DNA of 64,000 bases, from sequence record OV032902.1, one strand, 5' to 3'. Below, one piece after another: positions 36,801-45,331 of this stretch. A model generated the notes under the pieces. That model saw nothing but the letters and a program-made list of their open reading frames with translations, was not told the origin of the DNA and did no database searches. Each line of letters starts with the position of its first letter. The first letter of the stretch is position 1. Both the position numbers and the translations under genes were made by a program.

Positions 36801-39800
36801 CTGTGGGAGCGGCTGTTTGGAAGCGTATGGTTACAGAGAATGACTTGCCTGGCTTTGACGATACTAGCACTTTTTCTTTGACTGGTCCAGATGATGTTTT
36901 TGTTGCTCCTCATGACAGAGACTATACGGCGGAAATCAGCATTTCTGGTTTGAATCTGGACAAAGTGGATTTCTGGGTAAAAGTAAATGACAGTGCGGTT
37001 TTCACTTTAAGTTCTTCTGATATTTCACCAGGCAATACATCGGCACTTGCAACAGTTCCTCTTTCTTTGAGTACTGGAGACTCTGTTAGTCTGGATTATA
37101 CGAATAAAGCCGAACTAACTGATATTACTGGAAACCTCCCAACGTCTGCCACTGGTGCGATATATATTCTAGGTAATTACTATTACAATGTAGATCCAAC
37201 AAACAACGAACTTAGACGTGCGTCAGTGAGTAATACTTCATCATGGACTGATAACTGGACCACTCCTAACGGACAGGTTATCAACATGACTAGTGCTGAT
37301 GTATACAACGCACAGTTTAGCGAAGGTTTTCTTTTTGTCATAGATAGAACTACTGACAAACTTTATCGCTTCGACAAAGAAGGCAATGCCAATATATGGG
37401 AAAACTCGGGACTAGAATCAAACACTAACCCTATATACTTTAGCTCCGAAGATCGCCAAACTTATCTATGGGATACTGCCAATAAAATCATTGAACGCTC
37501 TACGGGAAGTTCTGGTGCCTGGAGTACCGTTTATAATGCAAACAATGACCCAAACAATACTACTAATACTCTTGATTTCATGGAAGCAGTTAACGGAGAA
37601 ATTTATTTCCTTAGTCGCACCGATGGTGTACTGAAACGTGTCGTAAATACTAACCTGTCAGTAGACGTAGGCACGGTGGAAAATCCAGCTGAAGTAATTG
37701 GGTCACTCACTTTCGGCTTTGCGGCCGAAGAAATGAATCAATTTATTTTTGGAGATAGAAGTGGAGATAAACTTGTCACGTATAACTACGTGACCGGAGA
37801 ATGGGCTTACGAGTCATACTATACGGATGGCAATTATCGCTTAGAGGCACTTCCCGCTGGCCTGCACTCTTTCGGTCGCTTATTCTTTGATAGCGACTTA
37901 GAACGATTATTCCTGGTAGATAACTTCGGTAAACTTACATGGCTAACTGAGGGATATAATTTTGGCGGCATGTCGCGAGCTAGAAGTTTCGATGAAGGCA
38001 TTGCAGTGTTTTACGATACTTTGTCGCAACCTGGTGATACATATTACCGTGCAGACTTTGGTGTAATCACGGGAATTACCGTTTCTTCTAAGTCAGAACT
38101 TCGTGGTACGTATATCCCTACGGACCAATTCGAATTAGGTATTGTTACTGATCGTGACCCTACTGAAACGGATGATGCTGATTCAACTGAGTTCTTCGTT
38201 GTTCAAAACCAATACTGGCAGAACACCGCCAATGGTTACACATGGATCTGTAAAGACGCTACGCCTGGCGCAGCTGTTTGGAAGAAGCATGTAACAGAAG
38301 ATGAAATCACAGGTATTGACTTTACTGAGTCTTATGCTCTGGTGATTCCTGAAACCGTTAATCCTACGACAGCTGTAGAAAGTGACCCTGTCACGATTAC
38401 GGAAGACAAGACATATCGATTTGATATTCGTTCTCGTATGCAGGTTCCTCGTGGTAAATCAGTTACTGTTGAGGTATTGAAGAATGATGCAGTTGTATGG
38501 TCTAATACTCAGACTACGTATAACTACTCTGATTCAGTAGAACTTCCAGTGGTTACAGACGACATCGTTAAACTTCGTGCTACTTTGTCTGATACAAACC
38601 GCTGGCATAACTCAATGACTAACATTACTGGTCCTGCTGTTACATTCGGCGATAGTCGTGGTGCTGCTGCAACTCGTGACTTTGTAATGATGGTTGAGTC
38701 TAGTAATAACAGTATTCTGTTAGCTGGACGTGACGACGAGTGGGTTGATGTCTCGAACGAAGCACTTGCTCCTACATGGTCACAGGTATATGGTATCACA
38801 GCCGACGAAGAATCGTTCTATGTTATCGACCGTGGTCTAGATCAAATCTGGCAACGTCGTAACGGTGGCCTATGGTCACAGATCGATGGTCATACATTTA
38901 CTGATCTGTTTGACATTGCTTATGCACAAGGCAAGCTTTACTGTCTTGATGAGGCATCTAATAGCGGCGGTAGCTCAATTGAAGTTTACGATATTGAGAA
39001 TGATAGTTGGAGTACGCTTACTTATACTGGCCTTCCTACGATAGCCAATGCTCGTGGTATGACAGTTGACCCTGATACAGGTGATGTTTTCTTGTATGAC
39101 ACTGGTGCGACCAATAAAGAAATCTTCAAGTTTACAGCTGCGACGCAGACCTGGGCAGCCTGGGCAATGACTAACCGTGGTAACCCTAACCATTATCCTT
39201 TCCACATGACTATTCATGACGGTAAGCTATGGTACGGTGACATGGATGAAACTAACGTTATTCGTACTATTCGTACGATTGACTTAGTAACAGAAGTTCA
39301 TGAAGACTGGGGTGCTGCTAACGGACAGAGTGATGATCTAAGTCGTCATATTCGTGGTATTGCTTTCCGTGATGGCAAGCTCTACGGTGGTGACTTGTTG
39401 AATGATACTATTTGGTCATTCGAGACATACAAAGTCGGTCCAGCATCGGCTGGTTTCGGTACAGCTCCTCGTGCGCATTACTTGCCTGCAAATGAAATCA
39501 ATGTCGGTATTAAGGAAACTCGTGATCCTACGGAAAACGATGATTCTTCAAGTACTGATTACGATATCAAGGTTAACCAGCTATGGTTGAATGAAACCAA
39601 TGGTTCTTTCTGGATCTGTAAGAAAGATACTTTGGGCGCGGCAGTTTGGGCTCGTTTCTCTACTGATACAGAAGAGATCCCGCCTATCGGTCAGCGTCTG
39701 GATGTCGAAGGTGGTCGCCTAATCTCCAATAACGGTGTTTACTGGGCAAACGATGCATCTAGTGCAGGTACAGCGGCTAACCAAGCAGTTGTTGCAGAAG

Positions 39801-40741
39801 ACGTTACTTGGTTCATGTTCCATTCTTGGGACGATGACATGATCGAAGGTCGCGGTATGCGTATCAGTCTTCCGGCAGGTAACCTAGATGAAACTGATAA
39901 TGTGTACATCAATTTAGATATTGAAACATATTCTCCGCTTCTAGTTTATCGTACTGGTCCATTTAGTCCGCGCTGGAAAGTATCGGACATGATGGGTAGT
40001 ATTATCGAGCTTCGTCCTGCTAACAGTGGCACGGGTTGGGTAGCCAATGAAACACGTACAGCTAGTCGCGATGACTTTGGTCCATTGCGCAAAGTAGACG
40101 GCAATACCCGTTTACGTAGTACGGCTCGCGACCCTCGTGAGATGCACGTTGATGAAATCTTAACCAAGCGTCATGTTGATTCATACCGTAAAGTTAAGAC
40201 AGGTACATTTACTGGTGAAGCTACAACAGAGTCACTTGTAGAGTTATTTTACGCTAAGTTTAATGACGACTTTGGTATTTCCTTTGGTGCATTTGTTGAA
40301 GGTAACCAGGGCGGATTTGTCCCTGTTGTTCAGATGCGTGACTATGTTTCTAGCGGTAACTATGGCTGTCAAAGCTTCTTCCGATGTAATAGTTCGGGCG
40401 GAGACGGTTCTTCTCAGAACAAAGTCTTTATGATTGAGTTAGAGAAAAGTAGTTCACTAACTAAGAACCGTATACGTACATTTGGTGGCGACGACATGGA
40501 TGGCGTAACAGACGTTGCTGATTTAGATGGCGTCATGCACCCTTATGGTTGTACTGGACACTTCGAATTCCAGATTTTCACCATTAGTACTAGTGGCCTG
40601 GAATACCAAGCAGCTAAAGGTTCAATCCGTTTTGCTTCTTTTGATGCAGCAAGGGATCAGAACTCACAAGTTGTTCAATACATTGCGGAAATCGAGTACA
40701 TTACTCGTGAGCAAGATATCCAGGATGATACTAGCTGGTAA
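33893..40741 (+). CDS. 2282-aa modular fibre protein with six conserved linker repeats separating variable domains (some beta-propeller-like)
   Basis: The N-terminal F..PLDYRAVV..Y.GLV.Y motif is typical of fibres; TRDP..DD..NQ.W.N...G..F.C.DAT.GAAVW occurs six times. Confidence 0.8.
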   Translation: MSYVTNFPGGFQSSTDKPLDYRAVVDDISALEAVVLQTVYIGLVIYDKATGKHYEIKGTDGTQAGLVYSVFGQGSDSDSALADIITTRNPTKSDDADSSEFTVNALTSWLNKDTGELFLCTDNTAGAANWIRYVTEGDLTGLTPGNTFVIEELNIPVNAPADSNYEFNISLPNLTAYVNSTIDLFVNDELLVSTPLVMNTDDYVITAPLKKNDKVEFRMGLSGNVPIEVLGLGNGSEVAEFLPNGDIISASSASSDPDIRRINTKDGTISSVIETGLPSAFISESGSIRLTVDSEGTLFASRNSRTSDEIYFLKLGSNSWETLTIPEGAITCRWLSMYDEDHLLNVDSDNQLLQKINKVTGQSSPVSNVPGTIATNWRSRYVGNGQLLFTRGTSLGPILFDTVNETTLIDFWATAGEIVFGSNEQFYGGDKVEDDVFIFNTLNMDNHYLCRKGKWEIDAGPLNSSRNVAVSDLGVYFYPAASTTLASTLRLYSHADSFRASAYAEPTAYFAPTLDLAFGILETRDPIETDDSASVTYDIAVNQTWKNETTGSVFVCADATPGAAVWKKYVTEDELPGKSTLNLMRFPELRVSVDLETAVPDETTPHQFSTLDLTIPKDGKYHLGGSFPISGLNLPPMSTSQAGSAITNFCLDLMLFRDSTLSPLVRGDISIMTNDVTQDNYDFFGKASFDEILDLKAGDVLTWQFYTTSNIPPTADAFLFINPTDGNSVASQGHKSAPWLRELEVATYLPAGDYTYGIKSTRDPGPTDDENSTDFAIAINQVWFNETNGKTFVCQDATADNAVWNAYVTADQIPGFQDTQYVSLTDVTQFATVSETALHRFGITLAGTDLSGATLWMTVNGNDAIQFDLSGLTGAGTRMYSTDQFTALNKDDVIAFRWVPNGAVISSFGFAGGIQPTTYYAPLKDFELGIKETRDPTPNDDENSPGLFIQVNQIWHNEATASIFVCTDATVGAAVWKRMVTENDLPGFDDTSTFSLTGPDDVFVAPHDRDYTAEISISGLNLDKVDFWVKVNDSAVFTLSSSDISPGNTSALATVPLSLSTGDSVSLDYTNKAELTDITGNLPTSATGAIYILGNYYYNVDPTNNELRRASVSNTSSWTDNWTTPNGQVINMTSADVYNAQFSEGFLFVIDRTTDKLYRFDKEGNANIWENSGLESNTNPIYFSSEDRQTYLWDTANKIIERSTGSSGAWSTVYNANNDPNNTTNTLDFMEAVNGEIYFLSRTDGVLKRVVNTNLSVDVGTVENPAEVIGSLTFGFAAEEMNQFIFGDRSGDKLVTYNYVTGEWAYESYYTDGNYRLEALPAGLHSFGRLFFDSDLERLFLVDNFGKLTWLTEGYNFGGMSRARSFDEGIAVFYDTLSQPGDTYYRADFGVITGITVSSKSELRGTYIPTDQFELGIVTDRDPTETDDADSTEFFVVQNQYWQNTANGYTWICKDATPGAAVWKKHVTEDEITGIDFTESYALVIPETVNPTTAVESDPVTITEDKTYRFDIRSRMQVPRGKSVTVEVLKNDAVVWSNTQTTYNYSDSVELPVVTDDIVKLRATLSDTNRWHNSMTNITGPAVTFGDSRGAAATRDFVMMVESSNNSILLAGRDDEWVDVSNEALAPTWSQVYGITADEESFYVIDRGLDQIWQRRNGGLWSQIDGHTFTDLFDIAYAQGKLYCLDEASNSGGSSIEVYDIENDSWSTLTYTGLPTIANARGMTVDPDTGDVFLYDTGATNKEIFKFTAATQTWAAWAMTNRGNPNHYPFHMTIHDGKLWYGDMDETNVIRTIRTIDLVTEVHEDWGAANGQSDDLSRHIRGIAFRDGKLYGGDLLNDTIWSFETYKVGPASAGFGTAPRAHYLPANEINVGIKETRDPTENDDSSSTDYDIKVNQLWLNETNGSFWICKKDTLGAAVWARFSTDTEEIPPIGQRLDVEGGRLISNNGVYWANDASSAGTAANQAVVAEDVTWFMFHSWDDDMIEGRGMRISLPAGNLDETDNVYINLDIETYSPLLVYRTGPFSPRWKVSDMMGSIIELRPANSGTGWVANETRTASRDDFGPLRKVDGNTRLRSTARDPREMHVDEILTKRHVDSYRKVKTGTFTGEATTESLVELFYAKFNDDFGISFGAFVEGNQGGFVPVVQMRDYVSSGNYGCQSFFRCNSSGGDGSSQNKVFMIELEKSSSLTKNRIRTFGGDDMDGVTDVADLDGVMHPYGCTGHFEFQIFTISTSGLEYQAAKGSIRFASFDAARDQNSQVVQYIAEIEYITREQDIQDDTSW
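34151..39680 (+). repeat. Six dispersed ~55-aa repeats inside the 33893 fibre gene
   Basis: Copies start near 34151, 35447, 36161, 36677, 38138 and 39506. Confidence 0.85.
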
Positions 40742-40753
40742 TTAAGATTAAGT

Positions 40754-40790
40754 CCTCTCTCCTTCGGGAGAGAGGCTTTCTTTTTCTTTT
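40754..40790 (+). terminator. UUCG-loop terminator
   Basis: CCTCTCTCC-TTCG-GGAGAGAGG followed by CTTTCTTTTT. Confidence 0.85.
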
Positions 40791-40793
40791 GTT

Positions 40794-40804
40794 AAATTTT
40801 ATAG
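40794..40804 (+). promoter_or_regulatory. Candidate late-promoter motif
   Basis: AAATTTTATAG. Confidence 0.4.
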
Positions 40805-40837
40805 GTCCGATGACCTCGAATTCAAAAGGAGATAAAG

Positions 40838-42511
40838 ATGTTCTTTACTATCTTACCTGGCATAATTCACCAGGATAAAGTTATCCGAGAAAACAGTGGT
40901 GTTTTACCCACTACGCCGGATGCTGTAGATACTGCGGTACTAGCAATTGATACTTCCGCAGATACCGGTACCCAAGGTGACTGGACTACAAGCGCAGCAG
41001 TAATTGTATTCGAAGCTACAAATGTAGATAGTCGTGCAACTGCTGTAGAACTTCACAGTGACACTGCAAAGATAGGTGACTTTACCGAAGCAAATGGTCG
41101 CTACCTATATAGTTATAATAACCCTCAGGATGATTCCAAGGTTAGCTTCAAGATTGTAGTCAAAACACCGGACGGTGATACTGAAACCGCCCTGCAAGAA
41201 GTTACTATGGAAGCTCCTGCTCCTGTGGCAAACTATAGCTATATTAACTATTACAGTTCTTGGGCTACTAGTTGGTTTAATGCCGCTAATGCTGTTGACC
41301 CTAATCATCGTCGTATGGCAAATACTCCAGGTTACTTTAGTGATATCATGATTGCTTTCGTTCGTCCTAATATGACCTTCGATAAAACAGCCCCAGACAT
41401 CACAAGAGTCGCTACAGGCCTGGATTATCCTAATACTGGACCTACTCCTCATGAAGGTCTTAAGGATGACGTAGAGAAAGCACAGGCCAAAGGACAGAAA
41501 GTTCTTGTCTCCGTTGGTGGTGCTACTTATGGTCGTCCTGATATTTCTGATGCATGGCAAAACATGTATGATGAAGCTAAGTACATTGCTACGGCAGGTA
41601 CGGGTTCTATTAACCGAGTTAACACACCAACAATGCAATCAATGATTGAGTTTATTGAGTACTTCAATCTAGATGGCATTGACTTGGACTTTGAGGATGA
41701 CCCGGCATGGTGGGACGGTCATACAGTTGGTACTACACGATGGCAAAAGTATCTAGATGTTTATTATCATCTATTGATGTTTAACCATTATGTTGCCGAC
41801 AGAGCTGCTGCTATCCTAGGCAAGCCTATGGAGAAAGGTACGGCTTGTTGGTCTACTGGCTGGCACGTTACTCCGGATACCAATGCCGATGTTGCAACTC
41901 CAAATGCGTCACATGGTCTTACTTCTGTGTGGGGTGGGCGTGCAGGTCGTGAGCGTGCAATGTTCGGTGGCTTTACTCATCCGGAACTAGGTGCGGTTAA
42001 TGCTCGTAACTTTGTGACTAAGTACATTAACATGTCTTATGACTTTGGTCCACTTGGTAGCTACGCTGATGACACAGAAGCTTTAACTAACGACGTAACA
42101 TACGACCCAATCAATGTTTATGTTGAGGCTCGTGAAATAGTGACAGACATTGATTCAGTTATGACTGTAGGTATCTGTCCTGAGCCTTTCGGATGGCAAG
42201 CCGATGGTTCTAAGATGATGGTTAAGGACGCAGACTGTGCTCCTTCTGGTAACCATCGTACCCGATTATATCGTGACGGCTACAACCGCGTAATCGACAA
42301 GCCATTCTCTGCTGAGAACCTGGCCACTCGATTCTTGGATGTAGTTGGTAATAATGTAAACGATGGCTTTATTTTGTGGGCTGGTTACAAAGTTGCTGGT
42401 ACTTATACTTATAACGGTACTCCTTCTGCTAACGCTACAACGGCGTCAAAAGAAATCGCACGAGTACTTGACCTCGCCGATAAAGACAACTCGCACGATA
42501 TTCATACGTAA
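40838..42511 (+). CDS. GH18 glycoside hydrolase (chitinase-like) with N-terminal Ig-like domain
   Basis: YYSSW, IMIAFVRP, KVLVSVGGATY and an intact DGIDLDFE (DxDxE) catalytic motif; INMSYD; no signal peptide. Confidence 0.85.
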   Translation: MFFTILPGIIHQDKVIRENSGVLPTTPDAVDTAVLAIDTSADTGTQGDWTTSAAVIVFEATNVDSRATAVELHSDTAKIGDFTEANGRYLYSYNNPQDDSKVSFKIVVKTPDGDTETALQEVTMEAPAPVANYSYINYYSSWATSWFNAANAVDPNHRRMANTPGYFSDIMIAFVRPNMTFDKTAPDITRVATGLDYPNTGPTPHEGLKDDVEKAQAKGQKVLVSVGGATYGRPDISDAWQNMYDEAKYIATAGTGSINRVNTPTMQSMIEFIEYFNLDGIDLDFEDDPAWWDGHTVGTTRWQKYLDVYYHLLMFNHYVADRAAAILGKPMEKGTACWSTGWHVTPDTNADVATPNASHGLTSVWGGRAGRERAMFGGFTHPELGAVNARNFVTKYINMSYDFGPLGSYADDTEALTNDVTYDPINVYVEAREIVTDIDSVMTVGICPEPFGWQADGSKMMVKDADCAPSGNHRTRLYRDGYNRVIDKPFSAENLATRFLDVVGNNVNDGFILWAGYKVAGTYTYNGTPSANATTASKEIARVLDLADKDNSHDIHT

Positions 42512-42515
42512 CGAT

Positions 42516-42989
42516 ATGATGAAGCGAGTCCGGTCTAGTTGCGGATTAGATTCCAGGGCAAAGGGCAAATATAGAGCAACGGAATATAACGCCGAACTCT
42601 TACTTGTTGCCCTGGTTCAATCCATCATTGACAAGAAGATAACTAAGATAAGAAACATAGGTATCTTTAAGTATGATGAAAACAAAAAAGTGACAGGCTT
42701 TGTTCCGTATAACAATCTGTTAAATAGACTTAACGGAAAGAATACAAAGAACAATATGACTAAGCCCCGATTAGCTTCAAAAGAGCTTAATTATTTAAAA
42801 GCCCAAACTGGTCTAATGGATGATGATATCTATCTGACGATTGCATCTCTTAACACATACATTATGTTGGAGTTAAGGGCGCATCAGACAGTAACGATGC
42901 CCAACGTAGGTACGATATCTGTAAACATAATTGCCCCCATCAATGAAGGAGACTTAGCCCAAGTCGACTTTATGTTTGAGGCAGCTTAA
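42516..42989 (+). CDS. Tandem HU-like protein, paralog of 43033..43488
   Basis: LKAQTGLMDDDIYLTIASLNTYIMLELRAHQTVTMPNVGTISV resembles HU helix-helix-strand; start at 42516 is uncertain (weak RBS). Confidence 0.55.
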   Translation: MMKRVRSSCGLDSRAKGKYRATEYNAELLLVALVQSIIDKKITKIRNIGIFKYDENKKVTGFVPYNNLLNRLNGKNTKNNMTKPRLASKELNYLKAQTGLMDDDIYLTIASLNTYIMLELRAHQTVTMPNVGTISVNIIAPINEGDLAQVDFMFEAA

Positions 42990-43032
42990 CGTCAGCGGTT
43001 TCCCTCGGTACACCCCCAAAGAGGAGAAAACC

Positions 43033-43488
43033 ATGTTAAGACAAGTATCCCGACAAATCGGCACAGATAGCCGAGCACAAGGTAAGTTTAAACCTACCGA
43101 ATATAATACAGCACTGCTCGTAGAAGCTTTTTTCGATGCTGTTATAAAAGAAGAGATCACGGAGATACCAGGCGTAGGAAGATTTACGTACGATAGCTCT
43201 GGAAAGATCACTCGATTTTCTCCCGTCAGTTCATTCAGTAAACACTTTCTCAACAACACACGTGTTATGTCAACACATGCATTTGATGAAAATGAGATCG
43301 CTATACTGGCAAATAAAACCGGCTTGCTCCGCGATGACATAGAACTTGCTCTATCGTCACTCACAACATACATGCTAGAACAGCTCGCAGACCATCATGA
43401 AATAATGATACCTAATATAGGAAAAATATCCTTCAGCATTATCGTTACTTCTAGGCCCCGTGCTACGTTCGAATTTGAAGAAGCGTAA
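43033..43488 (+). CDS. Tandem HU-like protein
   Basis: GAGGAG RBS; LANKTGLLRDDIELALSSLTTYMLEQLADHHEIMIPNIGKISF, and a first unit AFFDAVIKEEITEIPGVGRFTY..FSP. Confidence 0.6.
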   Translation: MLRQVSRQIGTDSRAQGKFKPTEYNTALLVEAFFDAVIKEEITEIPGVGRFTYDSSGKITRFSPVSSFSKHFLNNTRVMSTHAFDENEIAILANKTGLLRDDIELALSSLTTYMLEQLADHHEIMIPNIGKISFSIIVTSRPRATFEFEEA

Positions 43489-43494
43489 CAGATA

Positions 43495-43528
43495 CCCTCT
43501 GCCTCAGGGCAGGGGGATTATCTTTTTT
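43495..43528 (+). terminator. Hairpin with U-tract
   Basis: CCCTCTGCC-TCAG-GGCAGGGGG followed by ATTATCTTTTTT. Confidence 0.6.
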
Positions 43529-43570
43529 AACCTGACCTGGAAATTGAGTAGACTAACAAGGAGAATTAAA

Positions 43571-44341
43571 ATGGGTATTGCTCAATATACAGAAATCGAT
43601 CTTTTGGCTAATCAAGTAAAACAATTAGAATACGTTGCATCTAACTTAGAGAGTTGCTGTAACGTACAGATGCAATGTCGCCAAGAAGTATACGATGAAA
43701 CACATCGCCAAATAAAAGTATCAAAGCTTTTGTTGATAGCTGCACAAGTTCGTGATGCATTGTTGCATGAAGACGCTGTCTTTTACTTTGACCTTGACGG
43801 CATTATCTTTAACTGGCGTAAGCGCATTCTTGAAGAGTATCCGCAATTCAAAACGATCGACGAGTTCAATAAGTTCGAACATCGCGACGAGTACATTCAG
43901 AAAGCTTACGAAAAGCATCCGACTTGGTTCCGTGATTTGGAATACATGAATGCTGCCGCTAAGCGCATTGAAGCTCTAGAAGAAAACGGGGCTCGTGTAG
44001 AGTTCTTGACGGCTACTGGTATTTGGGGTAATCCTGAAGAATCAGCCAAACAGAAAGTTGAAGCACTAGAAGCTTATCTTAAGTATCATGAAATTTACAT
44101 CCATGGTCTGAATAAGAAAGTCCACGTTGTAACACATAGTGCAGACAAAGCTCAGTTCGCAAAGAGTAGTCGTACAGTGTTAGTTGATGACTACATCAAG
44201 AACGTTAACGAATGGCGCGCAGCGGGCGGTACAGCGGTTCTAGTGGACACTGAAGGTAAACCAGAACAAGAGGCATGGGAAATCTATGACTTCGCAGCAC
44301 ACCAACAAGTCGGAGCTCTTGAACGCTACCTTAGTTGGTAG
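43571..44341 (+). CDS. HAD-superfamily 5'(3')-deoxyribonucleotidase-like protein with N-terminal extension
   Basis: FYFDLDGII (motif I), FLTAT (motif II), K..FA (motif III), VLVDDYIKNV..W.AAGG (motif IV); ATG at 43571 after AGGAG. Confidence 0.82.
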   Translation: MGIAQYTEIDLLANQVKQLEYVASNLESCCNVQMQCRQEVYDETHRQIKVSKLLLIAAQVRDALLHEDAVFYFDLDGIIFNWRKRILEEYPQFKTIDEFNKFEHRDEYIQKAYEKHPTWFRDLEYMNAAAKRIEALEENGARVEFLTATGIWGNPEESAKQKVEALEAYLKYHEIYIHGLNKKVHVVTHSADKAQFAKSSRTVLVDDYIKNVNEWRAAGGTAVLVDTEGKPEQEAWEIYDFAAHQQVGALERYLSW

Positions 44342-44873
44342 TCGAGATGCACCCCCTACTCCAGATGTACAGCTAAAGGTTTTACAGGCAGCTAACAAGA
44401 TAGCTAAAGAACTTGTAAGACGAAAGGCCAAAGGATGGAGTGGGGGCGCTACAGGGATGGACCAGATATGGCGCAAACTATACATAAAGCACGGCGGGGA
44501 AGAACTTTTCTGCCAGCTTCTACCATGGCAAGGATTCGAACAGTTTTACGAAGACGGGAAAAACAACTTCCTCTTAGATGACTTTATGAATCTATTTGCT
44601 TACAATACTCTCTGTGACTGCGGGGTAGTTTGGTTAAACAAACTCTCTCAAGGTATCCGAAAACTTTATCAGAGAAACGTTTACCAAATCCTTCTTCCTG
44701 ATTATAGTAAGACTGACGTTGTCTTCTATTATGCACCGGTAAACAAACATGGAAAACCTCGCGGAGGAACAGCAATAGCGATTAGGCTGGCTGAGTCTCT
44801 CGGAATACCCACCTTTAATCTAGGTGAGCCAGATCAACGCAAAGCTGCGTTAGAGTATTTAGAAATAGCTTAA
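44286..44873 (+). CDS. SLOG-superfamily (DprA/Smf-like) phage protein
   Basis: TLVGSRDAP..SGGATGMD..RNVYQIL..RGGTAIAIRLAESLGIPTFNL. Confidence 0.78.
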   Translation: MTSQHTNKSELLNATLVGSRDAPPTPDVQLKVLQAANKIAKELVRRKAKGWSGGATGMDQIWRKLYIKHGGEELFCQLLPWQGFEQFYEDGKNNFLLDDFMNLFAYNTLCDCGVVWLNKLSQGIRKLYQRNVYQILLPDYSKTDVVFYYAPVNKHGKPRGGTAIAIRLAESLGIPTFNLGEPDQRKAALEYLEIA

Positions 44874-44908
44874 CCCTTCTGCCTTCGGGCAGAGGGCTTA
44901 TTTTTTTT
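44874..44908 (+). terminator. UUCG-loop terminator
   Basis: CCCTTCTGCC-TTCG-GGCAGAGGG followed by CTTATTTTTTTT. Confidence 0.8.
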
Positions 44909-44993
44909 GTCGAAAAATACCACGGATAAATAATATGGTTGAAACAACCAAATTTTAATTCGTCAGAGGGTTGACCCCTTAAGTGAGTTTAAT

Positions 44994-45323
44994 ATGGCTA
45001 AAGGTCCAACAAGTTTTTCCGACTTGAGTACTCTAGGTGAGTTACTTCATTGTCCGGATATGGGCCGTGATGTCGCAACTGCGCATCTCGGAAAATTCAT
45101 CGGTAACAAAGGGTTAGTAATCGCATGCGATGAGAACCAACTGGTCACCAAGGATTTCTGGCGGGCATACCTGTCCGTAAAACATGAGAGGCTTAAAGCT
45201 GTAACTAAACTACAACTTGTAGGACTAAACGAAGAGACAGCATTGAATCTTGCTTTAGTAATGCATGATATGCGTATCAAACCGCGTAACATAATTTTCG
45301 ACGGAGAATCATGTAACGCATAA
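44994..45323 (+). CDS. Hypothetical protein (109 aa)
   Basis: ORF between a terminator and the helicase gene; no motif recognised. Confidence 0.65.
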   Translation: MAKGPTSFSDLSTLGELLHCPDMGRDVATAHLGKFIGNKGLVIACDENQLVTKDFWRAYLSVKHERLKAVTKLQLVGLNEETALNLALVMHDMRIKPRNIIFDGESCNA

Positions 45324-45331
45324 TCACGGAG

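Noticed and set aside
41105-41638. 177-aa minus-strand ORF
   Set aside because: Antisense to the GH18 catalytic domain.
2095-43570. Longer track starts at 2095, 7427, 10761, 11502, 22352, 24072, 32709, 42363, 42976 and 43460
   Set aside because: Downstream in-frame ATGs mostly have clear RBSs, while the extensions run through promoters, terminators or upstream genes.
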